Of a stretch of DNA of 64,000 nucleotides, positions 1 to 14,063 are shown one piece after another (the first letter of the stretch is position 1; the number at the start of each line of letters is the position of its first letter). Source of the DNA: Alphaproteobacteria bacterium (GTDB taxonomy: Bacteria > Pseudomonadota > Alphaproteobacteria > Bin95). The notes below the pieces were generated by a model. That model saw only the letters and a program-made list of their open reading frames with translations. It did no database searches and was not told the origin of the DNA. Where the stretch lies: assembly GCA_964291285.2 (NCBI GenBank), contig OZ219788.1, positions 320,001-384,000 on the forward strand. Reading direction: 5' to 3'. Position numbers and translations under genes: made by a program.

Positions 1-28
1 GCAAGAGGTAATCTCCGCCGAGAGAGGC

Positions 29-262
29 TTATCGGGTCTTATCTGTGGCCGCTGGCGTGGGCAGACGCCCAAGGATGCGGTTGATCTTGGCGTCGATCTT
101 GGCGTCAACCCTTGCAAAGGCGGCCTTGAATGCCTTTCGGTCATTGTTGACGGAACCCGCCCACATGCCCCCGCTGAACAGGATAACCATCAGCGTCAGG
201 GCAGCAGCCCCGACCCGCAGGGGGTCCGCCAATATCCACTCAAACACCGTCTCAAACACCAT
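29..262 (-). CDS. Small membrane-anchored hypothetical protein (77 aa)
   Basis: ATG at 262 with a purine-rich RBS; one hydrophobic segment followed by a DAKIDAKI coiled-coil-like stretch. Confidence 0.5.
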   Translation of the reverse strand: MVFETVFEWILADPLRVGAAALTLMVILFSGGMWAGSVNNDRKAFKAAFARVDAKIDAKINRILGRLPTPAATDKTR

Positions 263-569
263 CGTTCCCCTTCCTTCTCGCGCTAATTCTATCCCCGCCG
301 CACCTGCCTGATCAGTAAGCGGTGCGGCTGAGCCCCCTTCCAGTTGCAGGCGTGTGTCAATGGCAGCCGAAAATTGCGCATTTTTGGCAAGTGAAAATTG
401 CTCACTTTTGTCTTTGATCCCTTTCGCCCGGCACGGTGCTTGGGGTGTGGGCCTCGATGGAGCTGTGGGTAACCGGGTTGGCGCAGCGACCGCCGCGAGT
501 CTGGCGGCGACAACCCGGTTATCCATAGCGGGCGGCGGTCACCGTTGCCGTTTTTGCTCCGGGCGGGGA

Positions 570-1367
570 TCACGCGGCGGCCCTCTTGCGTCGCCGGTCC
601 GAGCCGGACTGCAGCAGGTTCTGATGATCGCGCATCCGGTAGGAGTTCCCCCGGATGTTGACGATGTGGCAGTGGTGGACCAGGCGGTCGATGAGAGCCG
701 CCGCCATGACCTCGTCGCCGAGCACGCCGCCCCAGTCCTCGAAGCCCTTGTTCGAGGTCAGCACGGTCGATGCCTTCTCGTGCCTGGCGTTGATGAGCTG
801 GAAGAAGAGCACGGCGCCGTCCTGGTTGACGGGCAGGTAGCCGATCTCGTCGACCACCAGCAGCGCCGGGTGTGTGAGCACGCGCAGCCGGTGGGACAGG
901 TTGCCGGCGGCCTTGGCCTCGGTGAGGGAGTCGATCAGCCCTGCGAGCGTGCCGTAGTAGACGCGCCGTCCAGCTTCGGCCGCGGCGATCGCGAGGCTTA
1001 TGGCCAGATGCGTTTTGCCGACCCCGGGCGGACCAAGCAGGATCACGTTCTCGCGGCGGTCGACGAAGCCGAGCTCGTGCAGGCTCTCGATCTGCTCGCG
1101 CTTGATGCTGGGCTGGAAGGCGAAGTCGAACTGGTCGAGCGTCTTCACCGCGGGCAGCCTGGACGAGCGCATGGCGGTCTGGAGCCTGCGGTTGTTGCGG
1201 AGCACGATCTGGGCGTTCAGCAACTGCTGGATGGCCTCGGCCGCGGTGATCGAGCCGCCGTCGGCTTCGGACAGGATGCCGTCGACGGCCTCCAGCGCGC
1301 CGGGCATCTTCAGGTCGGCCAGCATCGCCCGCAGCCTGTCGCGCCGGCTCGGCGCCGGGGGCTTCAT
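570..1367 (-). CDS. istB: IS21 helper ATPase IstB
   Basis: GPPGVGKT Walker A, LLVVDEIGY, TSN, AALIDRLVHH; ATGA overlap with istA. Confidence 0.95.
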   Translation of the reverse strand: MKPPAPSRRDRLRAMLADLKMPGALEAVDGILSEADGGSITAAEAIQQLLNAQIVLRNNRRLQTAMRSSRLPAVKTLDQFDFAFQPSIKREQIESLHELGFVDRRENVILLGPPGVGKTHLAISLAIAAAEAGRRVYYGTLAGLIDSLTEAKAAGNLSHRLRVLTHPALLVVDEIGYLPVNQDGAVLFFQLINARHEKASTVLTSNKGFEDWGGVLGDEVMAAALIDRLVHHCHIVNIRGNSYRMRDHQNLLQSGSDRRRKRAAA

Positions 1368-2386
1368 TGCAGCGCCTCCGCATAGACGCTGAGCGGGCGC
1401 CGTTCGACCTCCACACTTGTCGGAAAGCGCCGTCGTGCGGGCTCCGGAGCCTGGCGGAGGCCGAGACGCCGGTAGGGAGAGATGGCCAGGGGGCGAAGCG
1501 CCGCCCGTTCGTCGCGCTCGAAGCGGTCGACGGGGCGTTCCCCGGTCGTGGCGTGCCGGCGAACGTTGGCCGTACCCTCCAGCCAGCCCGCGGCCTGTTG
1601 GTTGAGATCGTCGTCGTTCGCGAAGCTGCGTCCGTAGAAGAAGCTCTCGCGGATGTAGCGGATCGGACGCTCCACCTTGCCCCTCGTCCGGGCCCGACAG
1701 GGGCGGCACGAGCGGGGCATGAACCCCCAGTGCGTGGCGAAGCGCAGGAACTCCGCGTTGAGCACCAGGCCGCCGGCGCCGGTGCGGTCGTCGGACAGCA
1801 CCACCGCGCGCATCTGGTCGAACAGCAGCTCCTCCGGAACCCCGCCGAACCGACCGAAGGCGCTCTCCAGTCCCTCCATCAGCACTGCCATCGTCTGCCG
1901 GGGGAAGAACCGCAGCCACAGAAGCCGGGAGTAGCCCAGCACCACCACCAGGGCATGACGCCGGCCCCAGGGAAGCCGGAACGTCCCGAAGTCCACCTGG
2001 CCCTGGCGACCCGCCGGCGTCTCGAACCGCACCACCGCCTCGACCGGCTCGCGCGGCCGCGTCGCACGCACATAGTCCAGCACGCGGCGATAGCCGCCCG
2101 GGTAGCCCGCCGCGCGAACCTCGTCGAACAGACGCTTCGCCGAGAGCTTCGGGAACTCCTCAAGGCGCGCGTCGATGATCCCCTTGTAGGGATCCAGCTT
2201 GTGAGCCACCGGGGGGCGCGGCGCATAACCTCGCGGGCCGGCCGACAGATCACGGTCCAGTTGGCCCGTCTCGATCCAGTAATGGATCGTGCGCCGGTTC
2301 ACCCCGAACCGGCGCGACAGCTCCGCCTTCGAAACGCCCCGGTCCAGATAGTGCTTCAACAACATCCTCGTCTCCCATCCATACAT
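1364..2386 (-). CDS. istA: IS21 transposase IstA
   Basis: N-terminal HTH, RFETPAGRQGQVDF, LFDQM, KGKVER-type DDE motifs. Confidence 0.95.
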   Translation of the reverse strand: MYGWETRMLLKHYLDRGVSKAELSRRFGVNRRTIHYWIETGQLDRDLSAGPRGYAPRPPVAHKLDPYKGIIDARLEEFPKLSAKRLFDEVRAAGYPGGYRRVLDYVRATRPREPVEAVVRFETPAGRQGQVDFGTFRLPWGRRHALVVVLGYSRLLWLRFFPRQTMAVLMEGLESAFGRFGGVPEELLFDQMRAVVLSDDRTGAGGLVLNAEFLRFATHWGFMPRSCRPCRARTRGKVERPIRYIRESFFYGRSFANDDDLNQQAAGWLEGTANVRRHATTGERPVDRFERDERAALRPLAISPYRRLGLRQAPEPARRRFPTSVEVERRPLSVYAEALQ

Positions 2387-2548
2387 CCGCGCGCCGCACC
2401 CCGCTCCGTTGGCAAAGCCAACAGAGCGGCCCGACGCATCTTCAGCGACAAGCCAAAAGTGAGAAATTTCGGGTTGCCAGAAATGGGAAACTTACGGGTG
2501 CCACCAACAGCGTGATTTGGGATTCCCCTTTTGTGATTTGAACAGGAG

Positions 2549-2947
2549 GTGAGTTTCACAATGTTGGGCTCAGTTGAGACACTCAGGAGCGTAGAAGTGC
2601 TTCCGGTTGGAGGCGGTTGTCGTCGCTGGCCGGATGATTTGAAGGCGCGGATTGTGGCGGAGACGCTGGAGCCGGGTGCGACGGTTCGCGAGGTTGCGCG
2701 CAGACATGGCGTCCATGCGAACCAGTTGACGGGCTGGCGTCGCCTGGCGCGGGAAGGTCGGCTTGTTTTGCCTGCGGCGGAAGTGGCGTTTGCGCCGCTG
2801 GTTGTCCGGGCGGAGGGTAGCGGTGTCGGTGAGGCGAGCGGCGCGCGTCTGGAAGTCGTTATGGACAGGGTTACGGTCCGTCTGGACGCGGCCGTGCCGG
2901 CGGGACGGTTGGCGGAGATCGTTTCTGCGCTGAACGCGGCGTCATGA
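2549..2947 (+). CDS. tnpA: IS66 accessory protein TnpA (HTH)
   Basis: RRW...KARIVAETLEPGATVREVARRHGV...LTGWRR; start codon uncertain. Confidence 0.85.
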   Translation: MSFTMLGSVETLRSVEVLPVGGGCRRWPDDLKARIVAETLEPGATVREVARRHGVHANQLTGWRRLAREGRLVLPAAEVAFAPLVVRAEGSGVGEASGARLEVVMDRVTVRLDAAVPAGRLAEIVSALNAAS

Positions 2948-3297
2948 TCTTCCCATCGAACCGTGTGCGGATCGTCGTTGCGACGAAGCCCGTGGACTTC
3001 AGGAAGCAGCACGACGGCCTTGTTGCGCATGTGAAGAGCGTGTTGCGCAAGGACCCGTTCACGGGAACGGTCTTCCTCTTCAGGGCAAAACGAAGCGACA
3101 GGCTGAAGCTCGTCTTCCATGACGGGACCGGGTTGGTGATGGTCTACAAGCGTCTGGAGGATCAGGGCTTCGTGTGGCCTGCGATCCGCGACGGTGTCAT
3201 GACGCTGAACCATGCACAGTTCGAGGCGCTGTTCTGCGGGCTGGACTGGCGTCGTGTTCGGGCGCTGTCCGTCCGGGCCCCGGCTGAGGCGGAATGA
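2944..3297 (+). CDS. tnpB: IS66 accessory protein TnpB
   Basis: PVDFRKQHDGL, FRAKRSDRLKL, KRLE-F-WP motifs. Confidence 0.93.
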   Translation: MIFPSNRVRIVVATKPVDFRKQHDGLVAHVKSVLRKDPFTGTVFLFRAKRSDRLKLVFHDGTGLVMVYKRLEDQGFVWPAIRDGVMTLNHAQFEALFCGLDWRRVRALSVRAPAEAE

Positions 3298-3348
3298 CTC
3301 AGCGGATCGGGGCCCCCGGCTCCCCGACACTGTGCTATCGAGCGGGCC

Positions 3349-4881
3349 ATGGCAGCGCTTGCGGAGATGGACCTCGACACGCTGACGCCGGAACAGGCGG
3401 CGGCTGCGAGGCAGGCGCTTGCGGCTCTGGAGACGCTTCGCACCGGGAACAGGACGCTGACGGAAGAGAAGGTCTGCCTCGCGGGTGAGAATGAGGCGCT
3501 GTCGGCGCGCATCCGCCGTCTGGAGCATCTGAACCTTGAACTGGTCCGCCTTGTGTATGGCAAGAGGTCGGAGAAGCTGTCGGCGGACGAGCGCCAGCTG
3601 GCGTTCGAGGAGCTGGAGGGCGCGTCTGCGGAGGGGGAAGCACAGGCCGCGGCCGACAATCCGTCGCCGCCGCGCGCACCGAGGAAGCCCCGCCCGGAGC
3701 GCAATCCCGGCCATTTGCCGGAGCACCTGGAACGGATCGAGCAGGTGATCGAGCCGGAGAGCACGCTGTGCCCCTGCGGCTGCGGGGAGATGGTGAAGAT
3801 CGGCGAGGACCGCGCCGAGAGGCTCGACATCGTGCCGGCGCAGTTGCGGGTAATCGTCACGGTGCGCCCGAAATACGCCTGCCGCAAGTGCGAGGAAGGC
3901 GTTACCCAGGCGCCGGCGCCGGCGCGGCTGATCGAGGGCGGGCTGCCGACCGAAGGCGCCATCGCCCATGTCCTGATCTCCAAATATGCCGACCACCTTC
4001 CGCTGTACCGCCAGGCCCGGATCCATGCCCGCTCGGGGCTGCAACTGGACCGCTCGACGCTGGCCGGCTGGGTCGGCAAGGCGGCGTTCCACCTCGGGCC
4101 CGTGTATGAGCGCCTGAAGACGGCGCTGAAGATGTCGAGCACCCTGGGTCTGGACGAAACCACGGTTCGGGTTCTCGACCCGGGCCGGGGCAAGACCAAA
4201 ACCGGCTATCTGTGGACCATGGTGCGCGACCAGCGGGCCTGGTCCGGGGCGGACCCGCCGGGGGTGGTCTATGAGTATGCGCCCGGGCGCAGCGGCAAGC
4301 ATGGCGAGAAGCTGCTCGAGGGCTTCCAGGGATCGGTGCAGGTCGACGGCTATGCCGGCCACAACCGGCTCGGCCGGGCGGATCGCCCGGGCGGGGCGCT
4401 GACGCTCTGTGCCTGTTGGGCACACGCCAGGCGCGGCCTTGAGACGGTGTTCGACAGCAGCCGCTCGCCGATCGCGAAGGCCGGACTGGAGCGCATCGCG
4501 CAGCTCTACAGGATCGAGGACAGGATCCGGGGCGAGGAGCCGGCGACGCGCCAGTTCGTCCGCTGGACCGGGTCCGCGCCGCTGGTGAACGCCTTCGGGG
4601 TGTGGCTCGACGAGCAGCGCTCGCGCGTCTCGCCCAAGTCCCGCCTCGGCGAGAAGTTGACCTACATCGCCAACCAGTGGGACGGGCTGCTGGTCTTCCT
4701 GCACGACGGGCGCGTCGAGATGGACAGCAACTTCGTCGAAAATCGGATCCGGCCGATCAAGCTCACCGCGAAAAATGCGTTGTTCGCCGGCCACGACGAG
4801 GGCGCGCGCTCCTGGGGCCGCATCGGCTCGCTCATCGAGACGGCGAAGATGAACGGCGTCGAGCCCTACGCCTGGCTCAAG
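3349..4881 (+). pseudogene. tnpC: IS66 transposase TnpC, 5' part (interrupted near the C-terminus by IS1634)
   Basis: CPCGC/CRKC zinc ribbon, KYADHLPLYRQ, DETT, DGY, CWAHARR; breaks after PYAWLK. Confidence 0.92.
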
Positions 4882-4980
4882 CCCAACTTCAACAGTGACG
4901 ATTAAAAGTATTCGATAGAACAGGGAGTTACACCGGCATCGCCGGGTGTACCCACTACATTTCGTTGATTTTGGGGACGG

Positions 4981-6289
4981 TCAGGCTTTGTGTTCGCGCC
5001 AGTTCGGCGGCAGCGCGATGCCGACGGCCTGGAAGACCTTTCCGACCTGGCCCTCGACATGGGTGCGGGTGGTGATGCGCTTGCCGTCCTTCTCGATGGT
5101 GGCCTCTTGCAGGCGGTCGAGATCGCGGATCAGGTCGTCCCATTCGACGTTGACGTTGGCGGCGGCGCAGCGGTCGGCCAGTTCCTTCTGGAGGACGAGC
5201 GCGAGGAAGGAGCAGAAGACGTGGCCGCGGATCGCGGCGTCGCAGGAGTGGTAGATCGGGCGGGTGCGCAACTGGGCCTTCGCCCGGCGGAACAGGTCTT
5301 CCACCGTGAGCAGCTCCCGGTAGCGGAGCACGGCATTGAGCGGCGTCATGCCGGCGTTGGTGCGCAGCACGAAGATGCCGTCGAAGCGGGCCTCCTCGGC
5401 GAGCTTGCCGGCGTCGATCTCGAACGCCTTGCCCGCGCCCGTGCGGCGCAGATAACGCCGGTAGGCGCTGTTGCCGATCAGCGCTTTCTCGCCGTCCGCA
5501 AGGCGGCGCTGGAGGCCGTCCACCACGGCCTGCCGGTCGGCGCGGTCCTTCTGTGCCTCCGCCTCGTTGCGGCACACGATGTAGCGCGCGCCGCCCACCG
5601 TGACTTCCTTCACGAACAGCTGCGTCTCGCCGCGCGGACGCTTGAGGAGCAGCGGCACAAAGGGCTTCGTGTCCTTCAGCACCACCTCGCGGACCACCTT
5701 CGTGCGCCGCTCGCGCGCGCCCAGGATGTAGTCCAGCCCCCGCTCTTCCAGCGCCGCTATCGTCGCCGCCGAGATCATCCCCCGGTCCGCCACCACGCAC
5801 ACACGACCGATCCCGAAGCGTGACCGAAGACGGTCCACGATCGGCAGCAGCACCCTGGTGTCGGCCGTGTTGCCCGGCAGCATCTCCGTGCACACAGGCC
5901 GGCCCTCGCCGTCCAGCACCACCGCCAGAACCATCTGGCGCAAGTCCGGGCGATGGTCCTTCGAGTAGCCGTGCGCGCCCAGCGTCTCGCCGCCCGCGCC
6001 GTGGAACGACAGCGTCGTGGTGTCCATGAACACCACAGACAGGTCGGTGAACAGGTCCCGCCTGTGCTCGAACAGACGCTCCTCGATCCCGTCCTTCACG
6101 CAGCGCGGCGCAAGCGCGCCTTCCGCCGGCGCCTCCAGCTCCTCCCCGAGCCAGGCCATCGCCCGATACAGCTGATGAAGCCGCAGCCCCTCGATCCCCT
6201 CGATCGCGTAGTCGGCCATCCACTTCTCGCACGACCGGTCCGAACCCGACACGAACAGACGGTGCAGAACGCTCACGAACACCGCGCGC
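4981..6289 (-). pseudogene. IS1634 transposase, 3' part
   Basis: VFMDTT, GYSKDHRPDLRQ, VVADRGM, YRELLTVEDLFR, IRGHVFCSFLAL; its N-terminus lies at 28104-28440. Confidence 0.9.
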
Positions 6290-6408
6290 CGCACCTGTCG
6301 GTTCTAACCTGTTGATACAGCGTCTGTTTTTCCTCGTGCAACAGCGGGTCAGGGGTGCAACTGCAACCGCAATGTGCCCCGCCTGCAAATGGATGCAGGA
6401 GGAAATCC

Positions 6409-7530
6409 ATGCCCATCGTACGCCTCAACGAGAGCCGGATCGAGGCCCTTGAATCCCGAAAGGCGCCATATGATGTCCGCGACGCAGAGCTGAAGGGCTT
6501 CGGCGTCCGCATCCTGCCTTCGGGCAGCAAACGCTATTTCATTCACAGCCAGCATCAGGGCCGGCGCCTCTGGAAGACCGTGGGCGACGCCGGCAGCATC
6601 GGCTTCGACGAAGCCCGCCGGCAGGCAACGGAACTGCTTGCCGCCATCCGGCGCGACGAACCCGCCGCGCTTCCCGAAGACAGGCTCTTCGAGGCCGTGG
6701 CGGAGGAAGTCTTCTCCCGCTACGGGCGGCACTGGAAGCCCGGAACCATGAAGGTCAACCGGGGCTATCTGCGCAGCACGATCCTTCCCCGGTTCGCCGG
6801 GATGAACATCGCCGACATCACGAAAGCCGACGTGCAGCGCTGGTTCGCGTCCCTTCATGCCACGCCGGTGGCGGCCGACCGGTCGGCGCCGATCCTGTCC
6901 GTCATCATGCGCCAGGCCGAACTCTACGGCTACCGCCCCGAGGGCAGCAATCCCTGCACCGGCATCCGCCGCTACCGGCGCAAGGGACGGGAGCGGTTTC
7001 TTTCGGCGACCGAGCTTCGCCGCCTCGCGCGCGTGCTCGGAGATCATGAAGACCGGCATTCGCGCTGCGTCGCATTCATCCGCCTGCTGCTGCTGACCGG
7101 CTGCCGCAAGAGCGAGATACTGACCCTGCAATGGTCCGACTGCCGCGAGGGGCGCCTGTTCCTGCGCGACGGCAAGACCGGGCCCCGGACCGTGTGGCTG
7201 TCCTCGCCCGCGCGCGCCGTCCTGGACGGGCTTGCCCGGCAGGGCAAATGGGTCTTTCCCTCGCCGCAGAGGCAGGGGCCGGTATCCGCAACCGTCTTCG
7301 AGACCTTCTGGTGGCGGGTCCGGGAGGAGGCGGGGATTGCCGATGTGCGCCTGCATGACCTTCGGCATACATATGCCAGCATCGCCATCATGGGGGGCGA
7401 GACCGTCACGGCGACGGCGCGGCTGCTCGGGCACAACGATGCGCAGACAACACTGAAATACGCTCATTTGTCCGACCGTTCGGTCCGGGAGGCCGCCGAC
7501 GCCCTCGGCTCCATCCTCGGGGAGAGCTGA
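6409..7530 (+). CDS. Tyrosine recombinase/integrase 1 with N-terminal arm-binding domain
   Basis: RBS AGGAGG; DAELKGFGVRI arm domain; catalytic R (TGCRKSE), K (KTG), HDLRH, LLGH, Y (KYAH). Confidence 0.93.
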   Translation: MPIVRLNESRIEALESRKAPYDVRDAELKGFGVRILPSGSKRYFIHSQHQGRRLWKTVGDAGSIGFDEARRQATELLAAIRRDEPAALPEDRLFEAVAEEVFSRYGRHWKPGTMKVNRGYLRSTILPRFAGMNIADITKADVQRWFASLHATPVAADRSAPILSVIMRQAELYGYRPEGSNPCTGIRRYRRKGRERFLSATELRRLARVLGDHEDRHSRCVAFIRLLLLTGCRKSEILTLQWSDCREGRLFLRDGKTGPRTVWLSSPARAVLDGLARQGKWVFPSPQRQGPVSATVFETFWWRVREEAGIADVRLHDLRHTYASIAIMGGETVTATARLLGHNDAQTTLKYAHLSDRSVREAADALGSILGES

Positions 7531-7533
7531 TCC

Positions 7534-8679
7534 ATGCCGAGGCGGAAAAGGCTCACCGACGCCGGCATCGCAAGGCTTCGGGCCGGGGCGCGCGAATATA
7601 CGGTCTGGGATACCGGGGTCGCCGGGCTCGGGGTCAGGGTTCGCCCCTCCGGCAGCCGGACGTTCATCTACCATCGCAAGACGGCCGACGGGTTGCGGAA
7701 GATGTCCTTCGGTCCGGCAGCGCTGCGCAAGGTCGCGGATGTGCGCCGCGCCTGCATGGAGGCCGCGACCGGGGCCGCCGACGCGGACGCAGCCTGTCGC
7801 GAAAGGGCGCCGCTGTTCGGGAATTTCGTGGCCGGTCAGTGGGAGGCGGATTGTTTCGAGCGCTGCAAGCCGTCCACGCAGAGGAACTTTGCCGGCATTC
7901 TGAGACGGCAGCTGCTTCCGGCCTTCGGCTCCCGGCGCCTCGACCGCATCACCCGCAGCATGGTGCTCCGCTGGTTCGAGGCTTGCAGCCGGACCGCGCC
8001 GGGGGCGGCCAACGCCGCCCTCGCCCTGCTGCGGCAGATCCTCAACCACGCCATCGCCTGCGGGTACATCGAAACCAACCCGGTGCGCGGCATCCGCCGC
8101 AATCCCGGCCGGAAGATGACGCGCTTCCTGTCCCGAGAGGAAATCACACGGCTTCACCGTGTCCTCGATCGGTATGCGCAAGGGACGGTCTCGCAGGCTC
8201 AGCAGGCCGACATCATCCGCCTGCTGCTGCTCACCGGCTGCCGCAAGGGTGAGATCGTGTATTTGCGCCGGGAGGAAGTGAAGGACGCCCGGCTCGAACT
8301 TGCAGACGCCAAGACGGGACCGAGAACGGTCCTGCTGAACGCGCCGGCACGGGAGATCGTCGCGCGCCGGATGCGGCAGGGAAACGGCCCCTGGGTCTTC
8401 CCCTCCGTCAGGGACCCGTCCCGGCCCCGATGCCGGGAGCTTCCCCTCTGGTATCGGGTTCGGCGCGAGGCCCGCATAGAGGACGTGCGCCTGCACGACC
8501 TTCGCCATACCGTCGCCAGCCAGGCGGCGATGAACGGCGTGCCGCTGCCGGTCGTCGCTCGCCTGCTCGGACACGGCAATGTGCGCATGACGATGCGCTA
8601 TGCCCATGTCGGAGACCGCGAGATCGAGGCGGCGGCGGAACGGGTCGGGCGGGCGATTGCAAACTTGATGGCGAAGTGA
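7534..8679 (+). CDS. Tyrosine recombinase/integrase 2
   Basis: WDTGVAGLGVRV arm domain; TGCRKGE, KTG, HDLRH, LLGH, RYAH. Confidence 0.93.
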   Translation: MPRRKRLTDAGIARLRAGAREYTVWDTGVAGLGVRVRPSGSRTFIYHRKTADGLRKMSFGPAALRKVADVRRACMEAATGAADADAACRERAPLFGNFVAGQWEADCFERCKPSTQRNFAGILRRQLLPAFGSRRLDRITRSMVLRWFEACSRTAPGAANAALALLRQILNHAIACGYIETNPVRGIRRNPGRKMTRFLSREEITRLHRVLDRYAQGTVSQAQQADIIRLLLLTGCRKGEIVYLRREEVKDARLELADAKTGPRTVLLNAPAREIVARRMRQGNGPWVFPSVRDPSRPRCRELPLWYRVRREARIEDVRLHDLRHTVASQAAMNGVPLPVVARLLGHGNVRMTMRYAHVGDREIEAAAERVGRAIANLMAK

Positions 8680-8759
8680 TCGAGCTTCGCCGATGGCATA
8701 CCGTTTCTCACGGCCCCGGAACACGCTCCCAGGCATGACGACACGGCACACGGCACACG

Positions 8760-11897
<3,138 letters not shown>

Positions 11898-11899
11898 CG

Positions 11900-12449
11900 G
11901 GAAGGGACAGTCAACTGGTTCATGACGCGACGGATCATCAGGTCTTTGTTGGCCGGTGCGCTCTCGGCAATCAACGGGGTGAGCCGGTCAGCACTCGGGG
12001 ATCAAGCCGGCGCGCGACGCACTCCTGCGCCAGATAGGGCAGGAAGAGGAGCGCAGATGCGTTTGTAGTCGTCGGTGACGGACGGCCCTTACCAATGAAG
12101 TAGAGCAGATGCACCACCTCCTCCTCACAGCTGCGGCAGAGCGGTTCGCCGGACATGGTCCGCTTGATGTTGCGACGATAGCGTCCAGGGCATCGCTGCG
12201 CTGGTTGCCGAAGAGCGGCGATGCCTCGCCTCTCGCTACGAGAACGCGTCTCGGGTCCTTGATGGCATGGGTTGCGCGGTCGGCGTCGAGTGCACCGACA
12301 GCCGGTTTCACGCCGGCCGGCCTTTCCATGCGGTTTTCGTCGTATTCCAGGAAAAGACGCCACATCTCGGTATTGGCCGAGCTGATGTCGGAAACAGCCG
12401 AGCCGGTATCGCCGGCCGGTTCAACCATATTCCGGATTATCTTCGTCAT
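11900..12449 (-). pseudogene. Degraded RhuM/Fic-Doc family gene
   Basis: Fragments in several frames: WRLFLEYDE, RGEASPLFGNQR, GEPL, HLLYFI, eroded HPF-DGNKR region. Confidence 0.6.
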
Positions 12450-13563
12450 CGCGCAGGACGCTCTCCAGTTGGGGGTTCAGCAGCTTCCATCGCTGACGTA
12501 CCCGCTCGAGATCACCCTTGAGGATGACCGGCACCCGGTCCTTATGGGCCTGAACCACGCGCTCGTAATCGGCCTGTTCCAGAACCGCCGCGACCGACTG
12601 CCATTGCCCGTCGATTTCGGTGCGGAACCTGATCGTCCCGTCCACATCTTCCTCTTTGCGTTCCAGGACACGAACGAAGCCATACAGAAGCACATCGGGC
12701 CTTGGCGCACGCTCTCGCAGGGAGCGCGCGGCCTCGCGCAGCAATACGGCATCCTTCGATCCGAACTGGGAAACCGACGGCGGCGTCTTCACCGGCCGCG
12801 TCCGTGCCCACGAGACGCTGATATCCAGCTTCGGGAACGGTTCGACGATTCTGGCAAGCGCCTCACAGAGATTGGCGCTCACCCCGCTGGATACTGCCTC
12901 TCCGAAGGCACCGCCATCGTCGGAACCCGCCCGCTCTGCCGCCCGACGTACCGCGGCCAGCGCCTCGACAAGCCGTTTCGTCATCCGGCGAAAGATCGGC
13001 GCGTTAAGGTCATCCGAAGCCTCATCCTCGAACAACATTAGCATGGGCGGCGGCATGGCCGGTGTCAGCAATGTCACCACAAAACTGCCCTGGTCCGTCT
13101 GCCCAAGCCGCATCTGCCGCAAAAGGTCCGCCGCGTCCCTGTTTGCACGAGCACGGTACACCGGCCGCGGGTCATGAAGCGAGCACGCCGCCGCCAGCAC
13201 CAGGTCGCTGGCGCCATCGATCAGGGTCACGCCGTCGTTCAGTCCCAGGCTGCCGTCGTCGCTCTCCGCCGCCCGGATGCGAATCGCATCGCGGTCCGCT
13301 GTCGTGAGCGCACGGTAAACGGTCAACGTGTCCTGGTCGGCTACCTGCGCGAAGGTCTCGATCAACGCCGCCACGGCACTTGCATAGTCCCCGAGGCGCG
13401 TCGTCAGCGGCACGACGATTTCCGGCAACGTGTCGCCGACATAGATGTCCGAATGCTCGCGATACGAGTCGCAGCGGCTCCAACCCGCGATGCGGGCGTA
13501 GGCGGACAGCGCCGCCGGTGAAATCGCCAGCAGCGCGTCGCGGTCTTGAATGCTGACTTGCAT
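12421..13563 (-). CDS. Hypothetical protein (380 aa), partner of the DUF4365-like gene
   Basis: Clean ORF overlapping the upstream gene's stop; GQTDQGSFVVTL motif; beta-rich C-terminus. Confidence 0.8.
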   Translation of the reverse strand: MQVSIQDRDALLAISPAALSAYARIAGWSRCDSYREHSDIYVGDTLPEIVVPLTTRLGDYASAVAALIETFAQVADQDTLTVYRALTTADRDAIRIRAAESDDGSLGLNDGVTLIDGASDLVLAAACSLHDPRPVYRARANRDAADLLRQMRLGQTDQGSFVVTLLTPAMPPPMLMLFEDEASDDLNAPIFRRMTKRLVEALAAVRRAAERAGSDDGGAFGEAVSSGVSANLCEALARIVEPFPKLDISVSWARTRPVKTPPSVSQFGSKDAVLLREAARSLRERAPRPDVLLYGFVRVLERKEEDVDGTIRFRTEIDGQWQSVAAVLEQADYERVVQAHKDRVPVILKGDLERVRQRWKLLNPQLESVLRDDEDNPEYG

Positions 13564-14063
13564 CAGAGTTCTCCCGTCCTGGATTGCTCCATCAGCCTTT
13601 GCAGGGCCTCAACATCGAGTATGTTCCGCTCGGGGATATGAACGGTAACGGTCTTCTGACCGGCGACTTCATCATGGCCCCGTTGCAGGCTCAGCCAGTA
13701 GGCGCGACGCCGCAGGATGAGAGCCTCCTCGGTCACGGACAACCAGCGCGCTTCGTCTTCGGGAAGCTCCAGCACCACGAGCAGCCGAGGCGTCTGCGTC
13801 CCGGCACGTAGATCGTCGTAGTTCTTCAAGGACAGTCGAAACGGCAGGACGCCGTTTCTTGGCCCGCTGAGATCGGCAGTGGCCTTGAGTTGCAAGTCGA
13901 GGGCCGGGCGATATGTACCTCCCGCCTGAACCCGCAGGTCGACGCTGTCGCGGTCCGGCGCCGGCACAGAAGTCAGAAACCCTGCACGCGCCGCCAGCGC
14001 CTTGACATAGACCAGGGACAGCCCCTCCTTCCTGTCAGGAGAGGTGAGCAGGCCGCCAGTCAT
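13563..14063 (-). CDS. DUF4365-like PD-(D/E)xK fold protein
   Basis: D-D-SVD...LDLQLKAT, NYDDLR, PRLLVVL, AYWLSL motifs. Confidence 0.75.
   Translation of the reverse strand: MTGGLLTSPDRKEGLSLVYVKALAARAGFLTSVPAPDRDSVDLRVQAGGTYRPALDLQLKATADLSGPRNGVLPFRLSLKNYDDLRAGTQTPRLLVVLELPEDEARWLSVTEEALILRRRAYWLSLQRGHDEVAGQKTVTVHIPERNILDVEALQRLMEQSRTGEL

Larger units (their letters stand above)
355..2509 (-). mobile_element. IS21-family element, complete
   Basis: TGT...ACA ends with imperfect ~55-bp IR; 5-bp TSD GCGTG (350-354 and 2510-2514); istA and istB inside. Confidence 0.93.

Noticed and set aside
2356-4794. 812-aa minus-strand ORF and similar long antisense ORFs (6349-8763, 8844-10988, 22114-24477, 24356-26836, 44201-47104, 57813-60644)
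   Set aside because: Shadow frames of well-supported genes in high-GC DNA, with no recognisable motifs.
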